64,000 bases of DNA from Dehalococcoidia bacterium (lineage in GTDB: Bacteria > Chloroflexota > Dehalococcoidia > Lucifugimonadales > UBA3495), in the NCBI GenBank assembly GCA_965261355.1, contig CBDHDK010000002.1, forward strand, positions 731,304-795,303, written 5' to 3'. Every line of letters starts with the position of its first letter. The first letter of the stretch is position 1. The position numbers and the translations under genes were made by a program. The notes below the pieces were generated by a model. The model ran no database searches. It was not told the origin of the DNA and saw only the letters and a list, made by a program, of their open reading frames with translations. Of this stretch, positions 8,730 through 16,964 are shown one piece after another.

Positions 8730-9545
8730 CTAGTACCGGGTCTGCTGGCCCATGGGCGAATACGTCCCAGGATGGACGGCGCACAGCCCCGCGTCGACGG
8801 GCAGCACGATGCCGGTGATCCAGCGCGCCTCGTCGCTGGCCAGGAACAGCGCGGCGTAGCCGATGTCCCAGCCGGTGCCCTCCACCTGCATCGGCGCGGA
8901 GTTGCGACGGTACTGGCGCAGGTCGTCGTCCATCCGCGGCGCGACCATCGGCGTGTAGACCAGCCCCGGGGCGATGGCGTTGACCCGGATGTTGTCCTGC
9001 GCGTGGTCGGCGGCCATGGAAATGGTGAGCCCGATGACGCCGGCCTTTGAGGCGGTGTAGGGCGTGCTCATGTGGGCCCGCAGTCCGGCGATGGACGAGA
9101 TGTTGATGATGGAGCCGCCGCCGGTCTGCATCATGCGGGGGATGACCGCCTTGGCCGCCAGCACCATGGTCTTCAGGTTGACGTTCATCACGCGGTCCCA
9201 GTCGGCCTCGCTGACCTCGACGACGGTGCCGCGCTGGGAAATGCCGACGTTGTTGTCGAGGATGTCGACGCGGCCGTAGCGGTCGATGGCGGCCTGGGCC
9301 ATGCCCTCGCAGTCGTCGAGCTTGGTCATGTCGCCCTGGAAGGTGGACGCCTCGCCGCCCTCCGACTTGATGATGTCGAGGGTTTCCCGGGCGCGGTCCT
9401 CCACCTGGTCCACCAGCAGGACCTTGGCGCCCTCGCGGGCCATCAGGATGGCCGCGGCCTTGCCGTTGCCGATGCCCTCGCCGCTGGAACCGGCGCCGGT
9501 GATGATCGCCACCTTGCCTTCAAGCCTGGGAGCGCGTTCTGCCAT
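8730..9545 (-). CDS. short-chain dehydrogenase/reductase (SDR)
   Basis: Start at the internal ATG (MAERAPRLEGKVAIITGAGSSGEGIGNG). 'NNVG', 'YTASKAGV'. Confidence 0.85.
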   Translation of the reverse strand: MAERAPRLEGKVAIITGAGSSGEGIGNGKAAAILMAREGAKVLLVDQVEDRARETLDIIKSEGGEASTFQGDMTKLDDCEGMAQAAIDRYGRVDILDNNVGISQRGTVVEVSEADWDRVMNVNLKTMVLAAKAVIPRMMQTGGGSIINISSIAGLRAHMSTPYTASKAGVIGLTISMAADHAQDNIRVNAIAPGLVYTPMVAPRMDDDLRQYRRNSAPMQVEGTGWDIGYAALFLASDEARWITGIVLPVDAGLCAVHPGTYSPMGQQTRY

Positions 9546-9734
9546 GGGTTCTACTCTCCTGTCGTACGCGATTAAAGGGGCGGCGGGCACCGACGGATGC
9601 GTTCCGCCGCAGGCCGTACCATCGGGTATACGCCCGCGCGTTGTCAAGCGGAGGGGAGGAGTTCTTGATACCGGAATAGTACCGACGCCATAGAGAATTG
9701 GGCGCGGTCCGCTCCCCTACCGAAGCGCCAACGA

Positions 9735-10334
9735 GTGTACAATTCCCTTAAAAGTCGACCTCCCGGTAACTCTATGTCAGACGTTTGCAATATGAACTTT
9801 CCCCAATTGATTGAAAAGGGTTGGACAATTATCCCAGATAGTGGGACGGGCCACCCCACCGCAATTAGGTCGGAAATCTCCGAATGGAACGAACTAACGT
9901 GGGCCCAGCAAACCTACTACCGCGGCAAATACCGCTTTGATGACACTGGCGTGCTGGAAATTGCCCTGTCGGAACTGAGCCAAGCCAACGAGGACTCTCG
10001 CAAGGAATTTCGCCGGGATTCCCGTCCAGACAAGCATGTCGCCCCCGGCGGAGCATTGGCTGGATCTAACGAACGCCTACGCAGGATATTGGAAGGAACT
10101 CGAGCTGATCTAAGCTATAGCAAATATGATGATTCTGCCTTGGTGCACATAGGACCGGACGACAGTGCCATTTACACTAGCGATTCGGGATGGGGGCCTC
10201 TAGCTTACTGGCCGGAGGATAGATTCTGTCTCGAGTTGGATGACTTTTACATGTGCGTCTGGGAATTACCCCCATATTCATATGGAATTTCGGAAGCGCC
10301 CTACTGGGCATGCCCTGGCTGCAACGGGCTTTAG
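9735..10334 (+). CDS. hypothetical protein (no recognisable domain), probably co-transcribed with the HNH nuclease gene
   Basis: 199-aa ORF in a lower-GC islet, ending 23 nt before the next gene. Start uncertain (GTG 9735, ATG 9774 or ATG 9792). C-terminal 'CPGC'. Confidence 0.4.
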   Translation: MYNSLKSRPPGNSMSDVCNMNFPQLIEKGWTIIPDSGTGHPTAIRSEISEWNELTWAQQTYYRGKYRFDDTGVLEIALSELSQANEDSRKEFRRDSRPDKHVAPGGALAGSNERLRRILEGTRADLSYSKYDDSALVHIGPDDSAIYTSDSGWGPLAYWPEDRFCLELDDFYMCVWELPPYSYGISEAPYWACPGCNGL

Positions 10335-10357
10335 ATTGCTCAAAAGTAAGCAGTAAA

Positions 10358-11119
10358 ATGCCTCCTTCAACCAGATGGACTAGAGAACAGCTATTGGTCG
10401 CATTTGCTCTCTACTGCCGCCTCCCGTTCGGCAGGTTGGATCATCGAAACCCTGAAATAATCCACTATGCAGGCCTAATCGACCGCTCTCCATCAGCACT
10501 CGCAATGAAGCTCTCAAACATCGCCAGTCTGGATCCTGAAATCACTTCAACGGGCAGGAGCGGCTTGAAAGCGACGTCAGCCCTTGACCGCGTCATGTGG
10601 GAGGAAATGCATAGCAATTGGGAAGGATTCGCTATCGAGGCTCAAAATACCATTGATCAAATAACGCCGGAACAGTCGCTTGAAATCGACGACGAAGACG
10701 CGTGGGACTATGCCGGACTAGACAAAGTGGTTGTAACCACGGCACGCGTGGGGCAGGCTTTCTTTCGTTCGGCGGTCATCAGCGCGTACAACAATCGGTG
10801 TTGCATTTCTGGACTTGCTTTGCCCAGATTGCTGATTGCGAGCCATATCGTTCCCTGGCGTCACGATAAGTCCAATAGGGTCAATCCCAGAAATGGTCTC
10901 TCGCTGTCTGCCCTGCATGACAAGGCCTTTGACTCTGGCCTCATAACGATCAACGGGGATATGACAGTTCGCGTGTCTCAATCTTATTCAGGCAATAGAG
11001 ACCCGTTCTTTACGGATTCCATCGAAGGCTTCGACGGTAAGCCAATTTCTCTCCCGGAGAAATTCAGCCCGGACCCAAAGTTTCTTGCATACCACAGAGA
11101 GCATATCTTCCAAGGTTGA
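10358..11119 (+). CDS. HNH-family nuclease (HNH_2 / COG3440-like putative restriction endonuclease)
   Basis: ATG at 10358 within ORF 10253..11119. N-terminal 'W..EQLLVAFALYCRLPFGRL...RSPSALAMKLSNIASLDP'. C-terminal 'GQAFFRSAVISAYNNRCCISGL...LIASHIVPW......NPRNGLSLSALHDKAFDSGLITI' is the HNH_2 signature. Confidence 0.75.
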   Translation: MPPSTRWTREQLLVAFALYCRLPFGRLDHRNPEIIHYAGLIDRSPSALAMKLSNIASLDPEITSTGRSGLKATSALDRVMWEEMHSNWEGFAIEAQNTIDQITPEQSLEIDDEDAWDYAGLDKVVVTTARVGQAFFRSAVISAYNNRCCISGLALPRLLIASHIVPWRHDKSNRVNPRNGLSLSALHDKAFDSGLITINGDMTVRVSQSYSGNRDPFFTDSIEGFDGKPISLPEKFSPDPKFLAYHREHIFQG

Positions 11120-11231
11120 TTCGGCGAAGAGTAACCTTCATCGAAAGCCTCGCTCACAATGACTTCCCCGCTGCCACCTACTTCCGAACCCTGCCTACTG
11201 GAATCTCTCCCTTGCGCTGAATCGCCACTGG

Positions 11232-11650
11232 TCGTACAATTGTTCTGTAATGGAACGCTCTGAGCCGCCAAAATACCCCGTCGCAAATAGCCCCAAATAC
11301 AGGCCAATTTGATACTACCGTTACAAAATGTTACAGAATGTTACACATCCACGAGAGCACACTCGGATAATGAGACCGGACAGGGCAATCGCGTTTTGAA
11401 CGCCGGAGGCCTTGTGACCTCTCATTCCCGCGTAGGCGGGAATCCAAACCCCCGTCTACCGTCGCACCCAGAACCCAGGGAAGCACTGTCAATTTCACCG
11501 CCACCTCTATTCCGGCCCAATTTGTCTGCCCAGAAATAAAACGCGATTGCCCTGTGAGACCGGAGTCCCCGCTTGCATCTGCTCGTAAGCATGAGATTTT
11601 GGCTTCTCCCCCCGATAATCCCAAGCCGACGAAGAGCAATTGACCAATCC
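11232..11650 (+). repeat. copy A of a conserved intergenic module (interrupted by MITE copy 1)
   Basis: 'tcgtacaattgttct' (11232), three 10-bp-phased GTTACA hexamers (11320-11346), 'gataatga', hairpin tgct-cgta-agca, 'gagattttggc' and 'caattgacca'. Homologous to 28872-29115 (+) and 41262-41493 (-). Confidence 0.65.
11381..11554. mobile_element. MITE-like element, copy 1 (174 bp, 17-bp TIRs, 10-bp TSD)
   Basis: TIRs cagggcaatcgcgtttt (11381-11397) and aaaacgcgattgccctg (11538-11554). Flanked by the direct repeat tgagaccgga (11371-11380 and 11555-11564). Internal attcccgc-gtag-gcgggaat hairpin. No coding capacity. Confidence 0.8.
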
Positions 11651-11686
11651 AACTGATTCGGCCGCTGCGCAACCTCACCTACTTCC

Positions 11687-11715
11687 TTGACGCCCCCCCG
11701 CCCATCCCATAGACT
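11687..11715 (+). promoter_or_regulatory. sigma70-like promoter for the NYN/LOTUS gene
   Basis: TTGACG (11687-11692), 17-nt C-rich spacer, TAGACT (11710-11715). A near-identical arrangement occurs at 29156-29185. Confidence 0.45.
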
Positions 11716-11819
11716 GAACCCGGTGCATTCTGGAAACAATTGCACCGTCGGCCCTGCCCACGGGGCATGAGGCCAAGAGTAACTGGGCCAGAACCAGCTA
11801 GGCCGGAAGTATCGAGCAC

Positions 11820-13736
11820 ATGGTTGAACGGACAAACCGCGGGGGCGACGTCGCCCTCTTCATCGACTGGGAAAACTTCAAAATCAGTCTCGCCGCAGGA
11901 AATCGCAGCCCCAACCTTTCGTCGCTCAGAGAAGAGGTGTCCAACCAGGGCCGCGTGGTGGTGGCCAAAGCCTACGCCGACTGGGTGACCCGGGCGCCGG
12001 AGTTGCGAGGGGCCAGCCAGTTCAGCATCGACCCCCCGTCCCTCTACGCCGCAGGCATCGAGCCGGTGTTCGTTCCCACCCGGATCCCCTCCACCCAGGC
12101 CTCGTCGGCCAACGGGATGCGGACCTACCGGGTGAAGAACAGCGTCGACGTCAAGATGACCGCCGACTGCATCGAGTGCGCCCACTCCTACCCCAACATC
12201 GACACCTTCGTGCTGGTGTCCGGCGACTCGGACTTCCTGCACGTGGTGAACGCGCTGCGGACCATGGGCAAGCGGGTGGTTGTCATCGGCGTGTCGTGGA
12301 GCACGTCGCGCCGCCTGGCCGACCAGGTCGACTCGCTCCTGCTGTACGACAAGGACGTGGACCCGCTGGCTCCGCAGCCGGCGGTGCTGCCGCAGCACGC
12401 CAACCGGCGCGAGGAACAGAACGAGGCACCGGAACTGCCGGAGGTCATCCGTGCCATCGAGGACATTATCCGAGATGAGCGCGCCGCCGGCGGCAATCCG
12501 CTGTTGACCTCCATCAAGCAGCGGCTGATGCGCCGGTATCCCAGCTTCGATGAGAAGAAGCTGGGCTTCTCGGGCTTCAAGAAGCTCATGGCCCGGGCCG
12601 CCGAAGATGGCAACATCAAGCTGATTCACGCAGGCCTCGTCGACTGGGCCATCATGGGCGACGAGGAAACCCCCGAGGGCACGACCGAGGAAACCCCGTC
12701 GGGCGTGGCCGCCAGGCCCACCCGCCGACGGGGCGGACGCCGCCGCCACGGCGGGCAGCGCGACGGCGACGGCACCGACTCCGGTGATGAAACGCCTGAC
12801 GACGCCGCCGAAGATTTCGCCGAGGAGGATGAGGACGCGCAGGACTTCGCTGCCCCACCCTTCGATGTCTCCCTGGAAGAGACGGCTGCGACTGACTTCG
12901 AGGCGCCAACCGCCGCGCAACTTGGGACCGTCGCCGGCGAGCCCGCCGAGAAAGAGGCGGACGCCGTGTCCGACCCGGTCGCCACAGCCAAGGCCGAAGA
13001 AGAGACCCCGGCCGAGGCCGCTGTGCCGGAGGACCTGTTCGCCAGCGATGCCGGGCTCGAGGAGGCGATGCTGGAGGCACTGGCATCCGCCAGCCTGCCC
13101 GCCGAGCCGGAGGACGGAAAACACACCGAACGGGTTTCCGACCTCATCGTGATGGCCGACCACCTGGAGCACCGGCAAGGCTTCAGCCACGTGTCCTTCA
13201 ATCTTATGGTGGCCGAAATCTGCACCGCGCTGGAGCAGGGGCTGGAGGCAGGTAACGCCCAGATCGCCCTGCGGTGGACCGACGCAAGCTCCCGGGATTA
13301 CCTCAGCAAGATGTTGCGCGGACTGACGGACATCGACTTCTTCCGCCGCGCGGTCTATTCCTGGCGGGAAGAGGACACGGGCCGCCGCCGCCAGCGCCGG
13401 ACGTTCAACCTGAACCGCACCAGCGAGCTCGTCGGACGGGTGCTGGTCGCGCGCCTCGGCCCCGGCGCCAACGGAACTCCACCAGCGGAACCCGTCGCGG
13501 CCGGGGAGCAGGAAGACGCCGGGGAGCCGGAGCCGCAACCCGTGGAGCAGCAGCCGGAGCCACAATCCGCGGAGCAGCAGCCAGCGCTGGTCAACGGCGA
13601 CGGCGCGGCGGCAGAGCCTCCAGCAGCCATCGAACCGACTCCAGCACCGCCGCGGGACGACGACGAGGACGACGACGAGCCGCAGCCACGCAATGTTCGC
13701 CGCCGTCCCTTCACCAGCCGCCTGCTGCGGAGCTGA
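11820..13736 (+). CDS. NYN-domain (LabA/DUF88-like) RNase fused to an OST-HTH/LOTUS domain, with a long acidic low-complexity region
   Basis: 'VALFIDWENF...AKAYADW...NSVDVKMTADCIE...DTFVLVSGDSDFLHVVNALRTMGKRVVVIG' is the NYN part. '...LLTSIKQRLMRRYPSFDEKKLGFSGFKKLMARAAEDGNIKL' is the LOTUS part. It is followed by D/E/P/A-rich sequence and a basic tail. Confidence 0.8.
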   Translation: MVERTNRGGDVALFIDWENFKISLAAGNRSPNLSSLREEVSNQGRVVVAKAYADWVTRAPELRGASQFSIDPPSLYAAGIEPVFVPTRIPSTQASSANGMRTYRVKNSVDVKMTADCIECAHSYPNIDTFVLVSGDSDFLHVVNALRTMGKRVVVIGVSWSTSRRLADQVDSLLLYDKDVDPLAPQPAVLPQHANRREEQNEAPELPEVIRAIEDIIRDERAAGGNPLLTSIKQRLMRRYPSFDEKKLGFSGFKKLMARAAEDGNIKLIHAGLVDWAIMGDEETPEGTTEETPSGVAARPTRRRGGRRRHGGQRDGDGTDSGDETPDDAAEDFAEEDEDAQDFAAPPFDVSLEETAATDFEAPTAAQLGTVAGEPAEKEADAVSDPVATAKAEEETPAEAAVPEDLFASDAGLEEAMLEALASASLPAEPEDGKHTERVSDLIVMADHLEHRQGFSHVSFNLMVAEICTALEQGLEAGNAQIALRWTDASSRDYLSKMLRGLTDIDFFRRAVYSWREEDTGRRRQRRTFNLNRTSELVGRVLVARLGPGANGTPPAEPVAAGEQEDAGEPEPQPVEQQPEPQSAEQQPALVNGDGAAAEPPAAIEPTPAPPRDDDEDDDEPQPRNVRRRPFTSRLLRS

Positions 13737-13762
13737 CCGGCGGCACATAACTAGCACGACCA

Positions 13763-13788
13763 ATGGGGCGCGCTACAACGCGCCCCAT
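13763..13788 (+). terminator. hairpin terminator after the NYN/LOTUS gene
   Basis: atggggcgcg-ctacaa-cgcgccccat, a perfect 10-bp stem 27 nt after the stop. No clear U-tract ('gacattt'). Confidence 0.5.
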
Positions 13789-14012
13789 GACATTTGCGAG
13801 GGGCAACGCGCAGACCGGGCTCACAAAAGGGTCCGTCGTCGCCGCTATCGTCGATAACGGCGCCGACGCAAGAATTGATGATGCCATCTGCGTTGCCGTC
13901 AATCACTTATCGCTCCTGGGAATCGAGGCGCTGACCGACTAAAGTGGCTCCGGGCCCCGCCGGATTATGGACAGGGACTCACTGCCAGATCAGGAATAGA
14001 CGGAGTGGAACC

Positions 14013-14432
14013 TTGAGCAGAGTCTGGGCCGTGGGGCTGCTGGCGTTATTCGCCACCCTTGTCTGCACCGCCTGCCAGGAGAGGTACCCCGCCATGGATG
14101 ACCTGGAGGTCCTGACGGTGGAGGGAACGTCCATCCAGTTCTACCGGGAAAAACCCGGCACCACCCTCAACAGGGTCTACATGGATGCACTGGGAAAAGC
14201 AGTCCTGACGTTGCAGGACAATTGCTTGCGACTCGGAGAAGATGGGCCCGTCATCATATGGCCCCCGGGATTTACGCCCCATGTCAATGATGGGGTCATC
14301 GAAATTCACGATGCAGTGAGGCAGGTGGTGGCCAGGACGGGAGCCCCGATAATGGTCGCGGGTGGTCAGATCAAAAAGGATACGGGCGATTGTCCAGGGC
14401 CCACATGGGCCACCACCAGGATGACTGAATGA
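14013..14432 (+). CDS. hypothetical lipoprotein
   Basis: Within ORF 13944..14432. The TTG at 14013 follows GGAGTGGA. 'SRVWAVGLLALFATLVCTAC' is signal-peptide/lipobox-like. No known domain. Confidence 0.4.
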   Translation: MSRVWAVGLLALFATLVCTACQERYPAMDDLEVLTVEGTSIQFYREKPGTTLNRVYMDALGKAVLTLQDNCLRLGEDGPVIIWPPGFTPHVNDGVIEIHDAVRQVVARTGAPIMVAGGQIKKDTGDCPGPTWATTRMTE

Positions 14433-14872
14433 GAAACCAATCCCTGAAAGCCTCTGATTGCACACCCCAACATGGGTAGCGCTGACTATCTCAGAGCCAG
14501 CAGTTCCCCTGGGAAGTGCACTGGACCCTTCAGCCGCCACACCATCGCGCTCATCGCAGGATCAACTATCTGCATCACCCTGCTAATGCCTCTCAATCGG
14601 CCACACCCCAAGACTGGAGCACGGCCCCAGACCGCCTTCGGGCCAATGCTGGCCCGCGCTGCAGGCAACCTAGCGGACCAGTCGTATTCGCCCGGCAGGG
14701 TAGGTGGGGGAGTCGCCGGAGCCTGTGCAGGGCCACGAACAGGGCCGGCAGAAACCTCATGCTTGTTGGCATCGCTATTTGTGGCGTGCATGCTTCAGAG
14801 CGGCGCGGGGATTCCCGGGGGCGTTGGGTGGGAAGGTCGGTTCCCGCCCCCTTTCGCACTAGAAGTCCCGGG

Positions 14873-16129
14873 CTAGAAATCCAGGATCAGCGTCGACCAG
14901 CCGAAGTCGCGGGCGCCAAGGCCTTCCGCAGTGTAAGGATGGTAGTACTCGCGGAAGCCGGACTTGGCGATGCACTCCTTGCTCTTCTCCACCAGCGGCT
15001 CGCTCAGCTCTGGATAACCGTGGCCGCGCAGGGAGTGGGACAGGAAGTAGTTGGTGTTCATCCACGACGGGCCGCGCCAGATGAAGCCCCCGGGGTTGCC
15101 CGGCATAAACTTGGGGTCCGACGCCGGCACCGACGGCAGCGGGTAGGGCGTCCAGAAGTGCTCGGGCCGGCGCACCCACCTTTCGACTAGCGTCTCGACT
15201 TGGTGGCGGGGCAGGTCTGCCATGATCAGCGGCATCAGCGAGCTGATGGTCACCGTCTTGAGCGGCTTCTCATCCACCCCCGACAGGTCGAAGAAGGCGC
15301 CGGCTTCCTCATCCCAGCACTTCTCGACGAGGGCGTTCAGCACCTTGTCGGCCTCTCGGTTGAACTCCGCGGCCTCCGGCGAGTCCTCCCCGCCGACCTC
15401 CGCATGCAGCCGGGCCAGGGCCCGCATGGAAAAGCAGTAGATGGAGTTGACCAGCACGTCCTCCACGTGAAATATGTCGGCGGCCAGCACGGCGTGGTCG
15501 TCGTGGCGCAGGGGCTCGTACGCCTCGTACACCTTCCGCAGTGCCGTGATGAAGCCTCGGTTGCTGAGCTCTTCCAGGCCGAGGATTTCGTCGTACTTGG
15601 GGGAACAGTCGGTGCCGGCCTCCTCTGGCTGTATCACGGCGATGAGACCGTCGTTGTCAGGGTCGCGTGCCTCTCGCAGGTAGCGGTAGAACGCGGTCAG
15701 GACAGGCAGCGCTTCCCGCAGGAACTCCTCGTCGCCGGTCACGCGGTAGATGCGGGCCACGGCGTACGCGATGATGGGCGGCTGGATGGTCGCGCTGAAG
15801 TAGGGCTCGGTCATCCCGACGATGTTGCGGCTGAGGAAGTCGGGCTGCTTCTCCATCTCCCAGAAAATGATGTGGGGGATGAAGCCGCTGGGCTGCGCTC
15901 CGCTCATCAGCGAGCGCATTTCCTTCTTGGCCTGCTCCGGGTCCAGGTGCAGCAGGGCAAGGGCATGGAAGCAGGAGTCCCAGAACCACTGGAAGGGATA
16001 GCCGGTCAGGGAGGGGCAGACAAAGCTGAACTCCTTGCCGTTCCAGTCGGCCACGCCCTCCCGCAGGTTCGACAGCAGGATACGGCGGGCGCCCTCTTCC
16101 AGTTGCTCGCGAGAAATGGCGCTTGTCAT
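14873..16129 (-). CDS. (alpha/alpha)6 six-hairpin glycoside hydrolase, GH63/MGH1-like (glucosyl-/mannosylglycerate hydrolase- or trehalase-like)
   Basis: 418 aa. 'YPFQWFWDSCFHALAL', 'GFIPHIIFWE', 'GFIWRGPSWMNTNYF', 'FREYYHPYTAEGLGARDFGWS'. Specificity not inferable. Confidence 0.55.
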   Translation of the reverse strand: MTSAISREQLEEGARRILLSNLREGVADWNGKEFSFVCPSLTGYPFQWFWDSCFHALALLHLDPEQAKKEMRSLMSGAQPSGFIPHIIFWEMEKQPDFLSRNIVGMTEPYFSATIQPPIIAYAVARIYRVTGDEEFLREALPVLTAFYRYLREARDPDNDGLIAVIQPEEAGTDCSPKYDEILGLEELSNRGFITALRKVYEAYEPLRHDDHAVLAADIFHVEDVLVNSIYCFSMRALARLHAEVGGEDSPEAAEFNREADKVLNALVEKCWDEEAGAFFDLSGVDEKPLKTVTISSLMPLIMADLPRHQVETLVERWVRRPEHFWTPYPLPSVPASDPKFMPGNPGGFIWRGPSWMNTNYFLSHSLRGHGYPELSEPLVEKSKECIAKSGFREYYHPYTAEGLGARDFGWSTLILDF

Positions 16130-16185
16130 GTTTGAGCCTCCCGGGCTATGTCGTGGTACTGGTCGTGGCGCCGGAGTTCCTTTCC

Positions 16186-16623
16186 CTATACTGGGGCTGG
16201 TTCGCCTTCCGCCGCGAAGGGATTGATAACGCGGATACCGTCGTAGTCTTGGCCGGCGCTCATATCCTCGGAGTAGACGGCATCGCAGCCGCTGAGCTTG
16301 GCTGCTGCCAATATCAGGCAGTCCCAGTAGTTGAGCCCGAACCGCTCCCTGTATTGAAGTGCTCGGTCCACAGTTTCCTTTGTGAGGGGCTGCACATGGT
16401 AGCGAAACAAGCTTCCCATTGCCGCCACCACCTGGCGGTGCCCCAGGGAGTGTGGGCGAGACGGACGGGTAAGCTGTGTGTAGAACTCTCCCAACACCTG
16501 TACGGACACGGCTAAGTTACCTGCTTCCCGGTCTAGGAGGGCTTCCGATATACTCTGCTTTCCCGCTTCTTCAGGGTCGGTGCTCACGGCGTACATCGCT
16601 ATATTGGTGTCAACGAAGCGCAT
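16186..16623 (-). CDS. vapC: PIN-domain toxin VapC (intact)
   Basis: Start at the internal ATG (MRFVDTNIAMYAV...). 'YWDCLILAAAKLSGCDAVYSEDM' carries the conserved PIN acidic residues. Confidence 0.8.
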   Translation of the reverse strand: MRFVDTNIAMYAVSTDPEEAGKQSISEALLDREAGNLAVSVQVLGEFYTQLTRPSRPHSLGHRQVVAAMGSLFRYHVQPLTKETVDRALQYRERFGLNYWDCLILAAAKLSGCDAVYSEDMSAGQDYDGIRVINPFAAEGEPAPV

Positions 16624-16867
16624 CGCGGTCGTACAATTCCTCGCGACTGACGTTGTCGGACACGCTGATTCCAATGCCCTTGGCGCGGAAGTCCGCAATG
16701 ACTTCGCTCAAGGTCCTCTCAGGAGGCTGGGGAGGCTCCTTGCAGCCGGCTGTCAAATTTTTCAGATATTCCCCGAGCATACCCGATACCGACTTACCAT
16801 ATCTCGAAGCCATGGCTTCGGCGAGGCGGTATGTTTCGTCGTCAACTGAGACGGTTATATTCTTCAT
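16610..16867 (-). CDS. vapB: ribbon-helix-helix-type antitoxin (VapB-like)
   Basis: 85 aa. 'MKNITVSVDDETYRLAEAMASRYGKSVSGMLGEYL'. Overlaps the vapC start by 14 nt. Confidence 0.7.
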   Translation of the reverse strand: MKNITVSVDDETYRLAEAMASRYGKSVSGMLGEYLKNLTAGCKEPPQPPERTLSEVIADFRAKGIGISVSDNVSREELYDRDALR

Positions 16868-16964
16868 AGCTTCACGGCTTCATGTTCAGTATGCTTCAGA
16901 GTATATGCCGGTAAGTTTGGCTCCACAACGGGAATTGCCCGCTCCAACAAGCTCTGGTTGCATC

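Noticed and set aside
11232-11246. 'tcgtacaattgttct' as a LexA (Cheo-box-like GAAC-N4-GTTC) operator
   Set aside because: One half-site is GTAC rather than GAAC, and no SOS genes are downstream (recF is elsewhere). It is kept only as a remark within the module finding.
14433-14872. ORFs 14472..14876, 14486..14791 and 14516..15190 in the 440-bp gap after the lipoprotein gene
   Set aside because: They are mutually overlapping frames with low-complexity Pro/Arg/Gly-rich translations and no RBS or family signal. The region is treated as non-coding. A structured RNA cannot be excluded, but none was recognised.
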